DNA of 64,000 nt from Candidatus Saccharimonadota bacterium (lineage in GTDB: Bacteria > Patescibacteriota > Saccharimonadia > Saccharimonadales > 2-12-FULL-41-12), in assembly GCA_022842995.1 (NCBI GenBank), contig JALHOM010000005.1:6503-70502 (forward strand), read 5' to 3'. Numbering within the stretch: position 1 is the first letter of the stretch; the number at the start of each line of letters is the position of its first letter. Shown piece by piece: positions 9,694 through 19,489 of the stretch. The notes under the pieces are model-generated. The model was given only the letters and a program-made list of their open reading frames with translations. It was not told the DNA's origin and did no database searches. The position numbers and the translations under genes were made by a program.

Positions 9694-10518
9694 GTGATAA
9701 AGCACGACACCGACACATTTATTCGTACGTTGTGGGATTTTTATTCTCGGCAAGCACGCAGTACGCTACCCTGGCGAGCGCCTGAGGCTACCGGGGAGTT
9801 CGATCCATACAAAATTGCCGTGTCCGAACTCATGCTCCAGCAAACCCAAGTAGAGCGGGTAATACCCTATTACGAGCGTTTCATCAAGGAGTATCTTCGG
9901 CTGGAATTGCTTGCCCAAGCTAATCTTGAGACAGTTCTCGCCATGTGGCATGGTCTTGGCTATAACCGCCGGGCAAAGTATCTGCGCGACATGTGCAAGA
10001 TAATTCAGAACGATTATGACGGTGTATTCCCTCTGGAAATGGACAGTTTAAGGTCCTTGCCAGGAATTGGTCATAACACAGCCGCTGCAATACGCGTGTA
10101 TTCCATTAATGCTCCAGAAATTTTTATCGAAACAAATATTCGTACGGTCTATATACACCATTTCTTTAAAGCGGCTAAAAAGGTTGACGATGACTCCATA
10201 AAGGACCTGCTTGTGAATACGCTCGATAGGTCAAATCCGCGCGAATTTTATTGGGCACTTATGGACTACGGGACGCATCTTAAGAAAATTCACCGGGGCG
10301 TTAATCAAAAAAGTACACAATATGTTAAACAGGCTCCTTTCGCGGGGTCTAAGCGTCAGTTACGAGCGCTTATTTTACGGCGGATTACCAAGGGGGAATT
10401 ATCTGTCCAGGAGTTGCAGAAGGAGCTTAAAGATACGCGTTTATTGGGAGTTCTCGATGATCTTGTTCGCGAAGGTTTACTCGTTAAAAGATTGGATAGT
10501 TATAGTATTGCAGACTAG
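9694..10518 (+). CDS. mutY: A/G-specific adenine glycosylase (HhH-GPD), short form
   Basis: LPWR, SELMLQQTQV, GLGYNRRA, LPGIGHNTA, ETNIRTV, ALMDYG. Confidence 0.88.
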   Translation: MIKHDTDTFIRTLWDFYSRQARSTLPWRAPEATGEFDPYKIAVSELMLQQTQVERVIPYYERFIKEYLRLELLAQANLETVLAMWHGLGYNRRAKYLRDMCKIIQNDYDGVFPLEMDSLRSLPGIGHNTAAAIRVYSINAPEIFIETNIRTVYIHHFFKAAKKVDDDSIKDLLVNTLDRSNPREFYWALMDYGTHLKKIHRGVNQKSTQYVKQAPFAGSKRQLRALILRRITKGELSVQELQKELKDTRLLGVLDDLVREGLLVKRLDSYSIAD

Positions 10519-10597
10519 TGCCGGGATAGTTTGCGGGGGTTAGAAGTGGTGTTCATTTTGATATGATACAATTTAAGCTAAAGCGGATACGCAATTT

Positions 10598-11032
10598 ATG
10601 AAAGACGATGGAGTAAAACAGCCACCAAAAACCACTGAGCCGGTTATTGTTCAGGACGTTATCCCTGTCGCGCAAAATACTGTCGACTCTGGTGCGCCAG
10701 ACGCTACTTCTCCAAAGCCTGAGTCTACGCCTCCTGCCCTGATGGGCACAGATGAACCGGTCGCGGCCTCAAAAGATGAGGTAGTGAGTTCTCCTGTCCA
10801 AACGGACGAAGCGCATGAAGCATCTAAATCCCCGGCGCCTGAAGCCAATCACGATTCAGATGAAATAGTTCCGAATGCACCACAAAACTCGAATCCTTCT
10901 CCGGGGGTTAAGTCGACTCAGGACGCTCAGAAGCCTTCGAAAAGTGGCGGTGGAGCCATGTTTGCCATCGGAGTAGCAGTAGTTATATTCCTTGCTCTGG
11001 CCGGGCTGGCTGTTTATTCACAGATCAAATAA
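10598..11032 (+). CDS. Hypothetical Pro/Ser-rich protein with C-terminal TM anchor
   Basis: Low-complexity N-terminus and hydrophobic C-terminal helix. Confidence 0.65.
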   Translation: MKDDGVKQPPKTTEPVIVQDVIPVAQNTVDSGAPDATSPKPESTPPALMGTDEPVAASKDEVVSSPVQTDEAHEASKSPAPEANHDSDEIVPNAPQNSNPSPGVKSTQDAQKPSKSGGGAMFAIGVAVVIFLALAGLAVYSQIK

Positions 11033-11033
11033 G

Positions 11034-11963
11034 CTACTTTTTGCGTGAACTTGCGAGGCGCCTAGTCGATGTGACTTGAGGCGGAGTATCCTGGGTAAGA
11101 GTTACGTGCATATACGGGATTTTAATTTTTTCCTTGCGGAGCTCTTCGATCAAGAGCTTATAAAAGGCGCCCTTTACTTCCCAGGAATCATCAGATGTTG
11201 TTTTGCCGATTATTTTGACGCGTATGCCATTAGCGTCAAACCCGTCGACGCGGAGAAATTGTGGCGGTTCTTTGATTTTTTTCTTCATTTCAGGGTCGGC
11301 TGCTAACTTTAGTCCTGTTTTATTTATGACTGATTCGATCTGTTTAATATCGCTACCGGAATCAAATATAATATCCTCCTCTATACCTCCGTAGCTAGTG
11401 GTTTTATTGGCCGTCCAGCTGATGCTACCGTTGGGTACGTGAAATAATGTTCCGTCGAGACTCCTGATGACCGTCGTCCTGATGGTGATCGCCTCGACTT
11501 TTCCCGAGACCCCGTTGTCGAGGGCAATAACGTCGTCAACTCGGTACTGGTTCTCGATTATGATAAACAGGCCACTTGTGAGGTCTTTTATGAGACTTTG
11601 AGCGCCAAAACCAAGGGCTACGCCGATAATTCCCGCACTGGCAACCATGGGCGTTGTATTAAGCCCCAATTCGGCTACGATCATAATACCGGCTACGACA
11701 AAGATTGCGACACCAAGGACTGCTTTTATAAGACTCTCGAGTGTTTTTAAGCGTTTGATTCGGTCGGTTTTGGTTGGGTAAAGATCTGGCCGGACGGTTT
11801 TTTGTAAAACGCGCATTACTAGTTGGGTGCCAAATTTTTTACATAACCAAGCGATCGCAATAATGCCAAGTATCGGAAGGGCATGCTCGCTGGACCAATT
11901 ACCGATTGAGTCTACTGAGGCATTGTATATTTGCTCGATTTGTTTAAATAACTCTTCGTCCAC
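11034..11963 (-). CDS. mscS: Small-conductance mechanosensitive channel (MscS family)
   Basis: AGIIGVALGFGAQSLIKDLTSGLFII, GKVEAITIRTT, VPNG. Confidence 0.9.
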   Translation of the reverse strand: MDEELFKQIEQIYNASVDSIGNWSSEHALPILGIIAIAWLCKKFGTQLVMRVLQKTVRPDLYPTKTDRIKRLKTLESLIKAVLGVAIFVVAGIMIVAELGLNTTPMVASAGIIGVALGFGAQSLIKDLTSGLFIIIENQYRVDDVIALDNGVSGKVEAITIRTTVIRSLDGTLFHVPNGSISWTANKTTSYGGIEEDIIFDSGSDIKQIESVINKTGLKLAADPEMKKKIKEPPQFLRVDGFDANGIRVKIIGKTTSDDSWEVKGAFYKLLIEELRKEKIKIPYMHVTLTQDTPPQVTSTRRLASSRKK

Positions 11964-12046
11964 GCGTTCTGCTCGTTAGATTTGGTTTATACTATTTTAT
12001 AAGTATAGCAATAATCATAAGCGTAGCGCGCAAAATGGAGTGAAGA

Positions 12047-12397
12047 ATGAACTTGAATGACTATCAGGCCAGAGCAGTAAGTACCGATAGCTTTGGTGAC
12101 GTTGCCGGCCAAGTATCTGTTGCTGAAATGGCGTTTATGACTAAAGTACTCGGTCTGGTGGGCGAAAGCGGCGAGGTTGCCGAGAAATTTAAAAAAATTC
12201 TTCGCAATGATGGCGGCATTATGAATGAAGATCAGAGGCAGGAGCTTGCCAAAGAACTTGGTGATGTGTTGTGGTACATCGCCGTGCTCAGTAAATATCT
12301 TAATTTCGATCTCGAAGAAATCGGCGAACGGAATTTGAATAAGCTAATGGACCGTAAGGATAGGGGCGTCATCACCTCTAAAGGTGACAATCGATAA
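12047..12397 (+). CDS. MazG-like nucleoside triphosphate pyrophosphohydrolase
   Basis: LGLVGESGEVAEKFKK, ELGDVLWY, NLNKL..R. Confidence 0.88.
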   Translation: MNLNDYQARAVSTDSFGDVAGQVSVAEMAFMTKVLGLVGESGEVAEKFKKILRNDGGIMNEDQRQELAKELGDVLWYIAVLSKYLNFDLEEIGERNLNKLMDRKDRGVITSKGDNR

Positions 12398-12423
12398 GGA
12401 TTCTAGAGAATAGAGGAGTTGAC

Positions 12424-12972
12424 ATGGTACTTGGTATTCAAGAAGTTCAGCAGATCGTAAAAGGGCTTGCCAAGCGTGAGCTCGAAAATCCTGAAGGTGC
12501 TGGCGTAGATTTGCGTCTCGGCGAAGTTCATAAAATTGTCGGGGGCCAAGCTTATATAGAAGCCGACACCGACCAGAGTTTGGGTAAACGGGCAGGCTTC
12601 GACACGGCATGCATCATGAAGTATCGGGGTGACGGCGGTGAAGAGGATTACCTCACTATTGCCCCTGGTGAATTTTATTTAGTAAAAACTATCGAAACGG
12701 TAGATATACCACAAGATGTCATGGGCGACCTCAGGCCTCGTTCGACGATGTTTCGTGCTGGCTTGCATCTGCTGACGGGTATTGCCCCTCCAGGATACAA
12801 AGGCGAGATGATTTATGGCTTGCAAAACATCGGTGAATTTGATGTTAAGTTGCAGCTGGGTTCCCGAATTAGTGTGGCGGTATTTTACCGGTTGGAAGAG
12901 CCAGGAGTTTTATATCGTGGCCAAAATCAGCATGGTCGAATTACTGTATCAGGAGAAGAAACGCAGGTATAG
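12424..12972 (+). CDS. Trimeric dUTPase/dCTP deaminase family protein
   Basis: GVDLRLG, LVKTIETV, RPRSTMFRAG, PGYKG, YRGQ. Confidence 0.8.
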   Translation: MVLGIQEVQQIVKGLAKRELENPEGAGVDLRLGEVHKIVGGQAYIEADTDQSLGKRAGFDTACIMKYRGDGGEEDYLTIAPGEFYLVKTIETVDIPQDVMGDLRPRSTMFRAGLHLLTGIAPPGYKGEMIYGLQNIGEFDVKLQLGSRISVAVFYRLEEPGVLYRGQNQHGRITVSGEETQV

Positions 12973-12976
12973 CGCT

Positions 12977-14263
12977 TTAGTGCGACCCAAATTCCGCGCG
13001 CAGCCATTCATCCAATGATGCGCCACCACCACCTGACATACAGACGACCGTATCGCCATTTTTGATATGGCTTTCTATTTTTTTCTTGAGTTGGTCGTTG
13101 AGTTCGGCAGCTTGAGCAATGCCAGGGTTCGCCATATGGGTAATTAGCTCTTCGGGTGATAGCACTTTTTGCTGGGGGTCTTCTCTGGCGAGGTATGATG
13201 GCACCCAATAAAGTCTTTTTACACCATCAAACAGGTGTCGGTATTCATCCAGCACGTAATGTTGGCGCCGGTTCGTGAGTGGCTCGTAAACCACGACCAC
13301 ATTGTCAGAGACTTCCTTCGCCAGTTGCAAACAGCCAGCTATTTTGGGGATTGTATGGGCGTAATCGGTGTAGAGACCATCGGAAATCTTTTCAAAACGG
13401 CGGCTCAGGCCTGGAAAGGCCTCGATATGACTTTTCATAGATGAGATCTCGTTCCCCATGAGGGTCGAGGCAGCCAGCAGTACTTGATAGGCATTTCGGC
13501 GATTAACTTCACCAATATTACTTAACGCGTTAAGTAATTCGTTATTGTCTTGCAGAATCTTGTCATGCGGCTGAAGTTTGAAGTTATTGAAATCTAAATC
13601 ACTCTGCCAGACGAGGTTTTGTTGGCTTTGATCTAGGAATTGCTGGAATGCATCTTGGTAATCTTGGCGGGTTTTATAAATTTCGTGATGATCGTAGTCA
13701 ACACCCGTAATTAAGCTCAAATAAGGATGGAAATTCAGGAAATTGCGATCAAATTCGTCGCATTCGTAGATGAAGTATTCGGAAGACGGGTCGTATTGCC
13801 CCATGTCGCCGAAAGTGATTTTGGCACCGACGGAGTAACTAATGGGAATGTTGAGTTGCTTCATCAGCCAGATAAGCATGGCTGTGGTGGTGGTTTTGCC
13901 GTGGGTACCAGCAATGGCGATAAGTTTCAGATTTTTTTGATCAATGATCTCGGTAAGTAGCTCGTCGCGTTTACTGATCCGAATATTCATTTGCTTGGCC
14001 CAGGCTAGTTGCTCATGGTTGGGGTTTTCGAAGTCGACAGCAGAGGTATGGACGACCCAATCAATCTTTTCGGCCGCGTGTCTGGCCTCGATATCTGCTT
14101 TGTCGTTGCCAATGGTGATGTCGCTGACACCGTGTTTTTTCAAGTAGTCGATATACTGTGATCCGCGTTTATCGGAACCAGATACGCGGTAGCCAGCCTG
14201 ATGGGCGATGAGCGCCAGTGGCCCAATGGCTGTTCCGCCTATACCAACGAAGTAGATGTGCAT
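12977..14263 (-). CDS. murC: UDP-N-acetylmuramate--L-alanine ligase (MurC-like)
   Basis: HIYFVGIGG, VSGSD, IAGTHGKTTTT, ECDEFDRNFL, DYAH. Confidence 0.88.
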   Translation of the reverse strand: MHIYFVGIGGTAIGPLALIAHQAGYRVSGSDKRGSQYIDYLKKHGVSDITIGNDKADIEARHAAEKIDWVVHTSAVDFENPNHEQLAWAKQMNIRISKRDELLTEIIDQKNLKLIAIAGTHGKTTTTAMLIWLMKQLNIPISYSVGAKITFGDMGQYDPSSEYFIYECDEFDRNFLNFHPYLSLITGVDYDHHEIYKTRQDYQDAFQQFLDQSQQNLVWQSDLDFNNFKLQPHDKILQDNNELLNALSNIGEVNRRNAYQVLLAASTLMGNEISSMKSHIEAFPGLSRRFEKISDGLYTDYAHTIPKIAGCLQLAKEVSDNVVVVYEPLTNRRQHYVLDEYRHLFDGVKRLYWVPSYLAREDPQQKVLSPEELITHMANPGIAQAAELNDQLKKKIESHIKNGDTVVCMSGGGGASLDEWLRAEFGSH

Positions 14264-14273
14264 GTAGTAAGTT

Positions 14274-14330
14274 TAAAGGTAAAAGATTAAAGATTAAAGG
14301 CTAAAGATAAAAGAGTCATGAGTCATGAGC
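14274..14330. repeat. Second patch of the same heptamer tandem repeats
   Basis: TAAAGAT/TAAAGGC runs and GAGTCATGAGTCATGAG, as in 805-866. Confidence 0.65.
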
Positions 14331-14440
14331 TTTAAGCTATGAGGACTCTGGCAGATGGCTTAGAAGCCTACTCCAAGGACGTTAAGAGAAAGGGGTGTGA
14401 TCGTGGTAAGATGTAAGGTAGAGACGTACCAAAAATAAAG

Positions 14441-15664
14441 ATGTTCAAAAAAGTATTATATGCCGCTCTTGGTGATCGGTATCGCTTTCGTCATATCACC
14501 TTTGACGAATTAGCCGAACTTTACACCTCAACCATGCTCAGAAGTATGGCTATGAGCATGTCTGGGATTTTTGTCCCTATTTTTTTGTTTGATCTTAATT
14601 ATCCTATTTGGCAGATAATGTTCTTTTACTGCATCGTCTTCCTCGCGAGCTTTTTATTTTCGTTTCCAGCGGCTAAATTAGTGGGCAATATTGGTCCGAA
14701 GCACAGTATGCTTATCAGTTATTTTGTCCAAATCGCGGTACTGTTTGGTCTGATACAGCTAGAGTCGTTACCAGAGCTCTTTTACCCGGTCGCTTTTGGC
14801 TTAGGCGTGGCGAATATTATTTTTTTCACCTCGTTTCATATCAATTTCTCCAAAGTAAAGCACCGCAGGAGTAGCGGCAATGAACTAGGGTGGGTCTATA
14901 TTATGGAGCGGGTGGGCGGTGTTTTAGGTCCTGTTTTGGGAGGGCTATTGGCCATGATCTTCGCACCTTCTTATACGTTTGCGGTCAGCATATCCCTGCT
15001 TTTATTTGCAGCCGTTCCTCTCCTATTGACCAAAGAAGTTATGAAGACGCATCAAAAACTAAATTTTGCTAAGCTACGCGCCAAAAACATCCGCAGCGAT
15101 ACGCAGGCATATTCGTTCTTTGCGATCGATGCTGCCGTTTCCATGACCATCTGGCCATTATTTGTTGGAGCGGTAATATTTAAGGATAATCCTTACTTTC
15201 TTTTCGGAACGATTATGTCGATATCCGTTGTCGTGTCGGTAGTTATTGCTCGAATGGTAGGTAAGGTGGTCGACAATCGTCAGGGCCGGCTCTTGATGCG
15301 GTTTAACTTGGTTGTGAATGCTCTTTTACATCTGTTTCGGCCGTTTAGCTTTGGTTACGCAAGTGCTCTGTCGATTAATATGGTCAATGATGGTGTCACG
15401 GCGGGTTATCGAATGCCCTTTTTGAAAGGGATGTATTCATCGGCCGATGATCACCCTGGTAGTCGAATAGTGTATATTGCCATTATGGAAGCTCATGCAA
15501 CGTTTGTCAGGATGGCCTTTTTCGGTCTGGCGGCACTGTTGGCGTATTCGATGACGACCTCTCGACTGTATTTTGGAATTTTATTTGCGGTTGGGGCTGT
15601 CGCTTCGCTGCTGGTGATGGTCGAGCGGTTTCCGGCTCTCAATAAACGAAGGAGGCAAGCATAA
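14441..15664 (+). CDS. MFS transporter
   Basis: About 12 hydrophobic helices; GKVVDNRQGR resembles MFS motif A. Confidence 0.8.
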   Translation: MFKKVLYAALGDRYRFRHITFDELAELYTSTMLRSMAMSMSGIFVPIFLFDLNYPIWQIMFFYCIVFLASFLFSFPAAKLVGNIGPKHSMLISYFVQIAVLFGLIQLESLPELFYPVAFGLGVANIIFFTSFHINFSKVKHRRSSGNELGWVYIMERVGGVLGPVLGGLLAMIFAPSYTFAVSISLLLFAAVPLLLTKEVMKTHQKLNFAKLRAKNIRSDTQAYSFFAIDAAVSMTIWPLFVGAVIFKDNPYFLFGTIMSISVVVSVVIARMVGKVVDNRQGRLLMRFNLVVNALLHLFRPFSFGYASALSINMVNDGVTAGYRMPFLKGMYSSADDHPGSRIVYIAIMEAHATFVRMAFFGLAALLAYSMTTSRLYFGILFAVGAVASLLVMVERFPALNKRRRQA

Positions 15665-16248
15665 TGGATGCACTATATAAGCTATCGAAACAGAAACTTA
15701 CTTACGTCTTTTTGGCTTCGATATTGTTGTTGACTATCGGGTTTTTAGCGGCGCGCAATAACTATGTTGTTATGACTGAACTGCGCCAGCAAGTAATTGT
15801 TGCTGACCAAGAAAATGGAGATGTTGAAGCCGCTCTCGCAAAACTACGAGGACACGTCTATTCACACATGAATACTGATTTAACCTCGGGCAGTAATCCG
15901 ATACACCCACCAATCCAGCTAAAGGGGCGGTATGACCGATTGATGGCCATGGAGCGTGAGCGCGTTAAGCAAGAAAATTCGGCTGTTCAGGCAAAGGGTG
16001 AGGCTATTTGCGGAAGTCGGTATCCGGCTAGCGGTTTTAACGCCTCGAGGGTTACCTGTATTCAAGATTATGTTTCACAGAATGCTGTTAAAGAAAGTGC
16101 CGTTGCCGAAGATCTTTATAAGTTTGATTTCATCAGTCCCTCTTGGACGCCTGATTTGGCAGGGATTTCACTACTAGCGGGCGCGCTTCTTTTTATTGGT
16201 GCTTTGCCGTTTGCCGCGATACGTTTATTGAGGCACTTTAGTATCTGA
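15664..16248 (+). CDS. Hypothetical membrane protein
   Basis: TM helices at both ends, Cys pair; coupled to the upstream gene (TAATG overlap). Confidence 0.7.
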   Translation: MDALYKLSKQKLTYVFLASILLLTIGFLAARNNYVVMTELRQQVIVADQENGDVEAALAKLRGHVYSHMNTDLTSGSNPIHPPIQLKGRYDRLMAMERERVKQENSAVQAKGEAICGSRYPASGFNASRVTCIQDYVSQNAVKESAVAEDLYKFDFISPSWTPDLAGISLLAGALLFIGALPFAAIRLLRHFSI

Positions 16249-16284
16249 TTTCGAATAATGTTTATTAATATTCTTGATAGATAT

Positions 16285-16315
16285 TAAAAACCCTGAGATG
16301 TTCTCAGGGTTTTTA
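16285..16315. terminator. Bidirectional intrinsic terminator
   Basis: TAAAAACCCTGAG-ATGTT-CTCAGGGTTTTTA between convergent genes. Confidence 0.85.
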
Positions 16316-16333
16316 TCAACTCGCTAAATCGAT

Positions 16334-17029
16334 CTAGCGGTTATTTGGGGTGTTATTGTTTTGGGTATTGGTATTACCAGTTGTAGTTGTATTAGTGTTG
16401 GTCGTTGGAGTCGTGGTTGTATTGCTTCCACTATTTGTTGCGTCAGAAGATTGATTGTTCTGAGCTTGATCTTCACACTTCTGGCCAGTTGGGAATTGCT
16501 GTCGGTATTGTTCGATAGCTTTTGCGACTTGACCGTCATTCTTTAGGTTTTCCCAGAAGACTACTTGTTCACGGTTAATAGTCATTTGATCCTCTGGGCC
16601 ATGAAGCTCACACCCGAGCTTAACAAGCGAAATGTCGTTAGAGTTGGATGTATTTGCATTTGGCTGAACTTGCTGATTAACGCGAAGATAATAAATATCT
16701 CTCATGTCAACAAACTTTGAGTTGAGTTCATTAACTTTACCAAAGTATACTTGTCCGCCATTAAGGAAGACTGCCTGAAACTTAGTCTTGTCAACGAGCT
16801 TGCCTTCGCCGGTATTGCCACCTTTGAACATGACCATCGAAAAGATAGCCAGAACAAATAAGGTAACAATGAGTAATAAGAAGCCCATATTGCCGGCTTT
16901 TCCTAGATTACTGCCTCCGCCAACTCCTTTAGAAAACCTGCCTTTTTTGCTGGCAGCTTGTGCGACTGCAGGGCTGGATGCCTGGTCGGTTGTTTGTGCG
17001 TTCCTGACGCCGCGATTCATAAATTCCAT
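16334..17029 (-). CDS. Hypothetical membrane-anchored protein
   Basis: TM helix, FQAVFLNGGQVYFG, LVKLGCELHGPED, N/T-rich tail. Confidence 0.75.
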   Translation of the reverse strand: MEFMNRGVRNAQTTDQASSPAVAQAASKKGRFSKGVGGGSNLGKAGNMGFLLLIVTLFVLAIFSMVMFKGGNTGEGKLVDKTKFQAVFLNGGQVYFGKVNELNSKFVDMRDIYYLRVNQQVQPNANTSNSNDISLVKLGCELHGPEDQMTINREQVVFWENLKNDGQVAKAIEQYRQQFPTGQKCEDQAQNNQSSDATNSGSNTTTTPTTNTNTTTTGNTNTQNNNTPNNR

Positions 17030-17166
17030 AATAGAGAATCCACCTTTGTTTAATGTCTACTTGGTCAAGTGTAATACATAACCGTGATTAAGTGCAACAC
17101 GCTTTGGGTTATCTTTTCGGGCAGCTTTCTCTGGGGAAAAACCTGTCGTGAAAAATCCCTTAGGGG

Positions 17167-17196
17167 TTGACAACTGAAAACGCTCGGGGTTATCGT
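17167..17196 (+). promoter_or_regulatory. Sigma70-type promoter candidate
   Basis: TTGACA, 18-nt spacer, TATCGT; upstream of a small gene with a GGGAG RBS. Confidence 0.45.
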
Positions 17197-17237
17197 AGGG
17201 GTACCATCAGTAATCTAACAGAGGGAGATATTTGAAC

Positions 17238-17435
17238 ATGGGATACAGCCATACTAATAGCAAAGGCGTCAAGTATTACTTAAACTCAAAGAACGTTGTT
17301 TTGCGCGGCGGCAAAGAACAGACGATCTACTACTTCTCGAAGGATGAGAGAAAAGATACTGCAACCGACCTTCCAAGTGGTATGTCAGTCAACGAGAACC
17401 CACGAAACGGCTTCTTGACTGTCAAGCGCGGCTAG
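17238..17435 (+). CDS. Small hypothetical protein (65 aa)
   Basis: MGYSHTNSKGVKYYL...IYYFSK...ENPRNG; RBS present. Confidence 0.75.
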   Translation: MGYSHTNSKGVKYYLNSKNVVLRGGKEQTIYYFSKDERKDTATDLPSGMSVNENPRNGFLTVKRG

Positions 17436-17491
17436 TACTTCTTGAATCAAAAAAGAAGATTCAGCTATAAAATTATCTAAGATATTTATAT

Positions 17492-17570
17492 AAAGCACCC
17501 CCCGAGCAGGCGGAACAATGTCTTGAATTTGATAAGACGATGAATGCTCAGTGGTAAAAGGGGTGCTTTT
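17492..17570. terminator. Long multi-helix hairpin (terminator or small structured RNA)
   Basis: AAAGCACCCC/GGGGTGCTTT outer stem, GAGCA/TGCTC and GTCTT/AAGAC inner stems, followed by T-tract. Confidence 0.55.
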
Positions 17571-17609
17571 TGCATTTTTTCGACCGGGGCTCTAAGCTAG
17601 AAACAAGAT

Positions 17610-18362
17610 ATGGATATCGTTGTTGCTCATAATTTGAAAAAGAAGTATGGCAAAAAATTTGCCGTTAATGATGTTAGTTTTACGGTAAAAAAAGGTGAGA
17701 TTTTTGGGATTATCGGACCCAATGGAGCCGGTAAAACAACGACTTTAGAAATGATTGAGGCCCTGCGTCCGATTGACGGTGGTTCGGCCATGATCTCTGG
17801 CATAGATGTTTCCGCTAAGCCGCGGGCTATCAAGCAGATTATCGGGGTTCAGCCCCAGACTCCAGCTTTTGAAGAAAAGTTGAAACTCAAGGAAGTGTTG
17901 GCTTTTTTTGCTTCGATTTACGGTGTTAAGGCTCAAACTACAGATCTACTTAAGAGTGTTGGGCTGGAGGATAGGGCCAACTCTTACCCCGAGCAACTGT
18001 CTGGCGGGCAAAGGCAACGATTTAGCATTGCGGCGGCGTTGGTGCACAAGCCAGAAGTGTTTTTCTTGGACGAGCCAACGACCGGCCTTGACCCGCAGGC
18101 GCGCCGCAACCTCTGGGATTTGATCGAATCCATCCGCGCGCGCGGCGTGACGGTGATTTTGACCACTCACTACCTTGATGAGGCGGAGCAGCTGTGTGAC
18201 CGCGTGGCAATCATGGACATGGGCAAAATTATCGCCCTTGATACGCCTGAAGCTCTGATTAAAGACTTACTTAAGCGCGGTTTCAAAAAGCGCCACCATG
18301 TCGAACAAGCTAATCTGGAAGACGTATTCATCGATTTAACGGGAAAGGCACTGCGGGACTAA
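17610..18362 (+). CDS. ABC transporter ATP-binding protein (DrrA-like)
   Basis: Walker A GPNGAGKTT, signature LSGGQ, Walker B FFLDEPTTGLDP, H-loop TTHY. Confidence 0.95.
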   Translation: MDIVVAHNLKKKYGKKFAVNDVSFTVKKGEIFGIIGPNGAGKTTTLEMIEALRPIDGGSAMISGIDVSAKPRAIKQIIGVQPQTPAFEEKLKLKEVLAFFASIYGVKAQTTDLLKSVGLEDRANSYPEQLSGGQRQRFSIAAALVHKPEVFFLDEPTTGLDPQARRNLWDLIESIRARGVTVILTTHYLDEAEQLCDRVAIMDMGKIIALDTPEALIKDLLKRGFKKRHHVEQANLEDVFIDLTGKALRD

Positions 18363-18365
18363 GTA

Positions 18366-19481
18366 ATGAAAGGTTTAATTCGGCAGCTCAGGCCAATTAT
18401 TACGTACGCAAGAATCGACGTTAAGAAGTTGTTTCGCGATAAAGTTGCGATCTTTTTCACCATTGTATTTCCTTTGATATTTTTGTTCGTTTTTGGCGGG
18501 CTTTTTGGTAATGACAGCAACGTATCTTTTAAGGTGGCGCTTCAAAATAATTCATCGAGCGATATTGCCAAGCAGGTAGAGCAGTCGGTGAGGAATAGTG
18601 CGTTATTTGAGGTAGATGCGTCGATTTCTTCGAAAGAACAGGCTACGGAGAAAATGAGTCAAGGTGTTTTGGACGCCTCTATAACCATTCCCGAAGGCTT
18701 TGGGGATGTTGATTCCAGCGGTTTGCCCGGCGGCACATTAGAAGTGTTTTTTGATCAGTCTAACGCTACCGGCGCACAGACCTTAGCGTCTGTACTGGAT
18801 GGTGTAATCCAAGAGCTGAACGCATCGGTTGTGCCGGTGAAACAGCCCTTTGGGGTTAGTGTCGAAGCATCTAGCGAAAAAGGACTGACGCAGTTTGACT
18901 ATACCTTTTCTGGCTTGCTTGGTTTTGCGATTTTGTCTCTGGGAATTTTTGGTCCTACGAGTGCTTATCCACGCTTAAAGCAGCGAGGTGTTCTCAGGCG
19001 TTACCGGACAACGCCGATTAAAGTTTGGCAGTATTTTTTGGCTAATGTTGTGTCGAATTCGGTATATGGACTTATTTCGGTTGGCGCGATGTTTGCGGCC
19101 GCAATGGTATTTTTTGACTTAAATGTTAAGGGCAATATCCTGGCGATCATTGCCTTTATTTTGCTCAGTACGATCGTACTATTCGGTATTGGACTGGCAG
19201 TGGGAGGTTGGGCCAAAAACGAAAATCAAGCAGCACCGCTTGCGAACTTGTTGGCATTTCCGATGATGTTTCTTTCTGGCTCTTTTTTCCCGCGATTTTT
19301 GATGCCCGACTGGCTGCAGAAAATATCTGATTTCTTGCCATTAACACCGGTCATCGATGGTGCGAGGCTTTTGGTAACAGAAGGCAAGACGCTGGTGGAT
19401 ATCGCACCGCAAATTGGTTTGCTGGCAGTCTGGGGAGTGATTGTCTATTTGATTGCGTTTAGAGTTTTCCGCTGGGAATAG
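18366..19481 (+). CDS. ABC-2 type transporter permease
   Basis: TM1, large external loop, five further TMs; PMMFLSGSFFP..MPDWLQ. Confidence 0.9.
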   Translation: MKGLIRQLRPIITYARIDVKKLFRDKVAIFFTIVFPLIFLFVFGGLFGNDSNVSFKVALQNNSSSDIAKQVEQSVRNSALFEVDASISSKEQATEKMSQGVLDASITIPEGFGDVDSSGLPGGTLEVFFDQSNATGAQTLASVLDGVIQELNASVVPVKQPFGVSVEASSEKGLTQFDYTFSGLLGFAILSLGIFGPTSAYPRLKQRGVLRRYRTTPIKVWQYFLANVVSNSVYGLISVGAMFAAAMVFFDLNVKGNILAIIAFILLSTIVLFGIGLAVGGWAKNENQAAPLANLLAFPMMFLSGSFFPRFLMPDWLQKISDFLPLTPVIDGARLLVTEGKTLVDIAPQIGLLAVWGVIVYLIAFRVFRWE

Positions 19482-19489
19482 AGCTAGCT

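Noticed and set aside
12047..12972. MazG + dCTP deaminase as a nucleotide-depletion defence system
   Set aside because: The second protein is of the trimeric dUTPase fold rather than the zinc-dependent defence deaminase type, and the context (mscS, murC) is housekeeping
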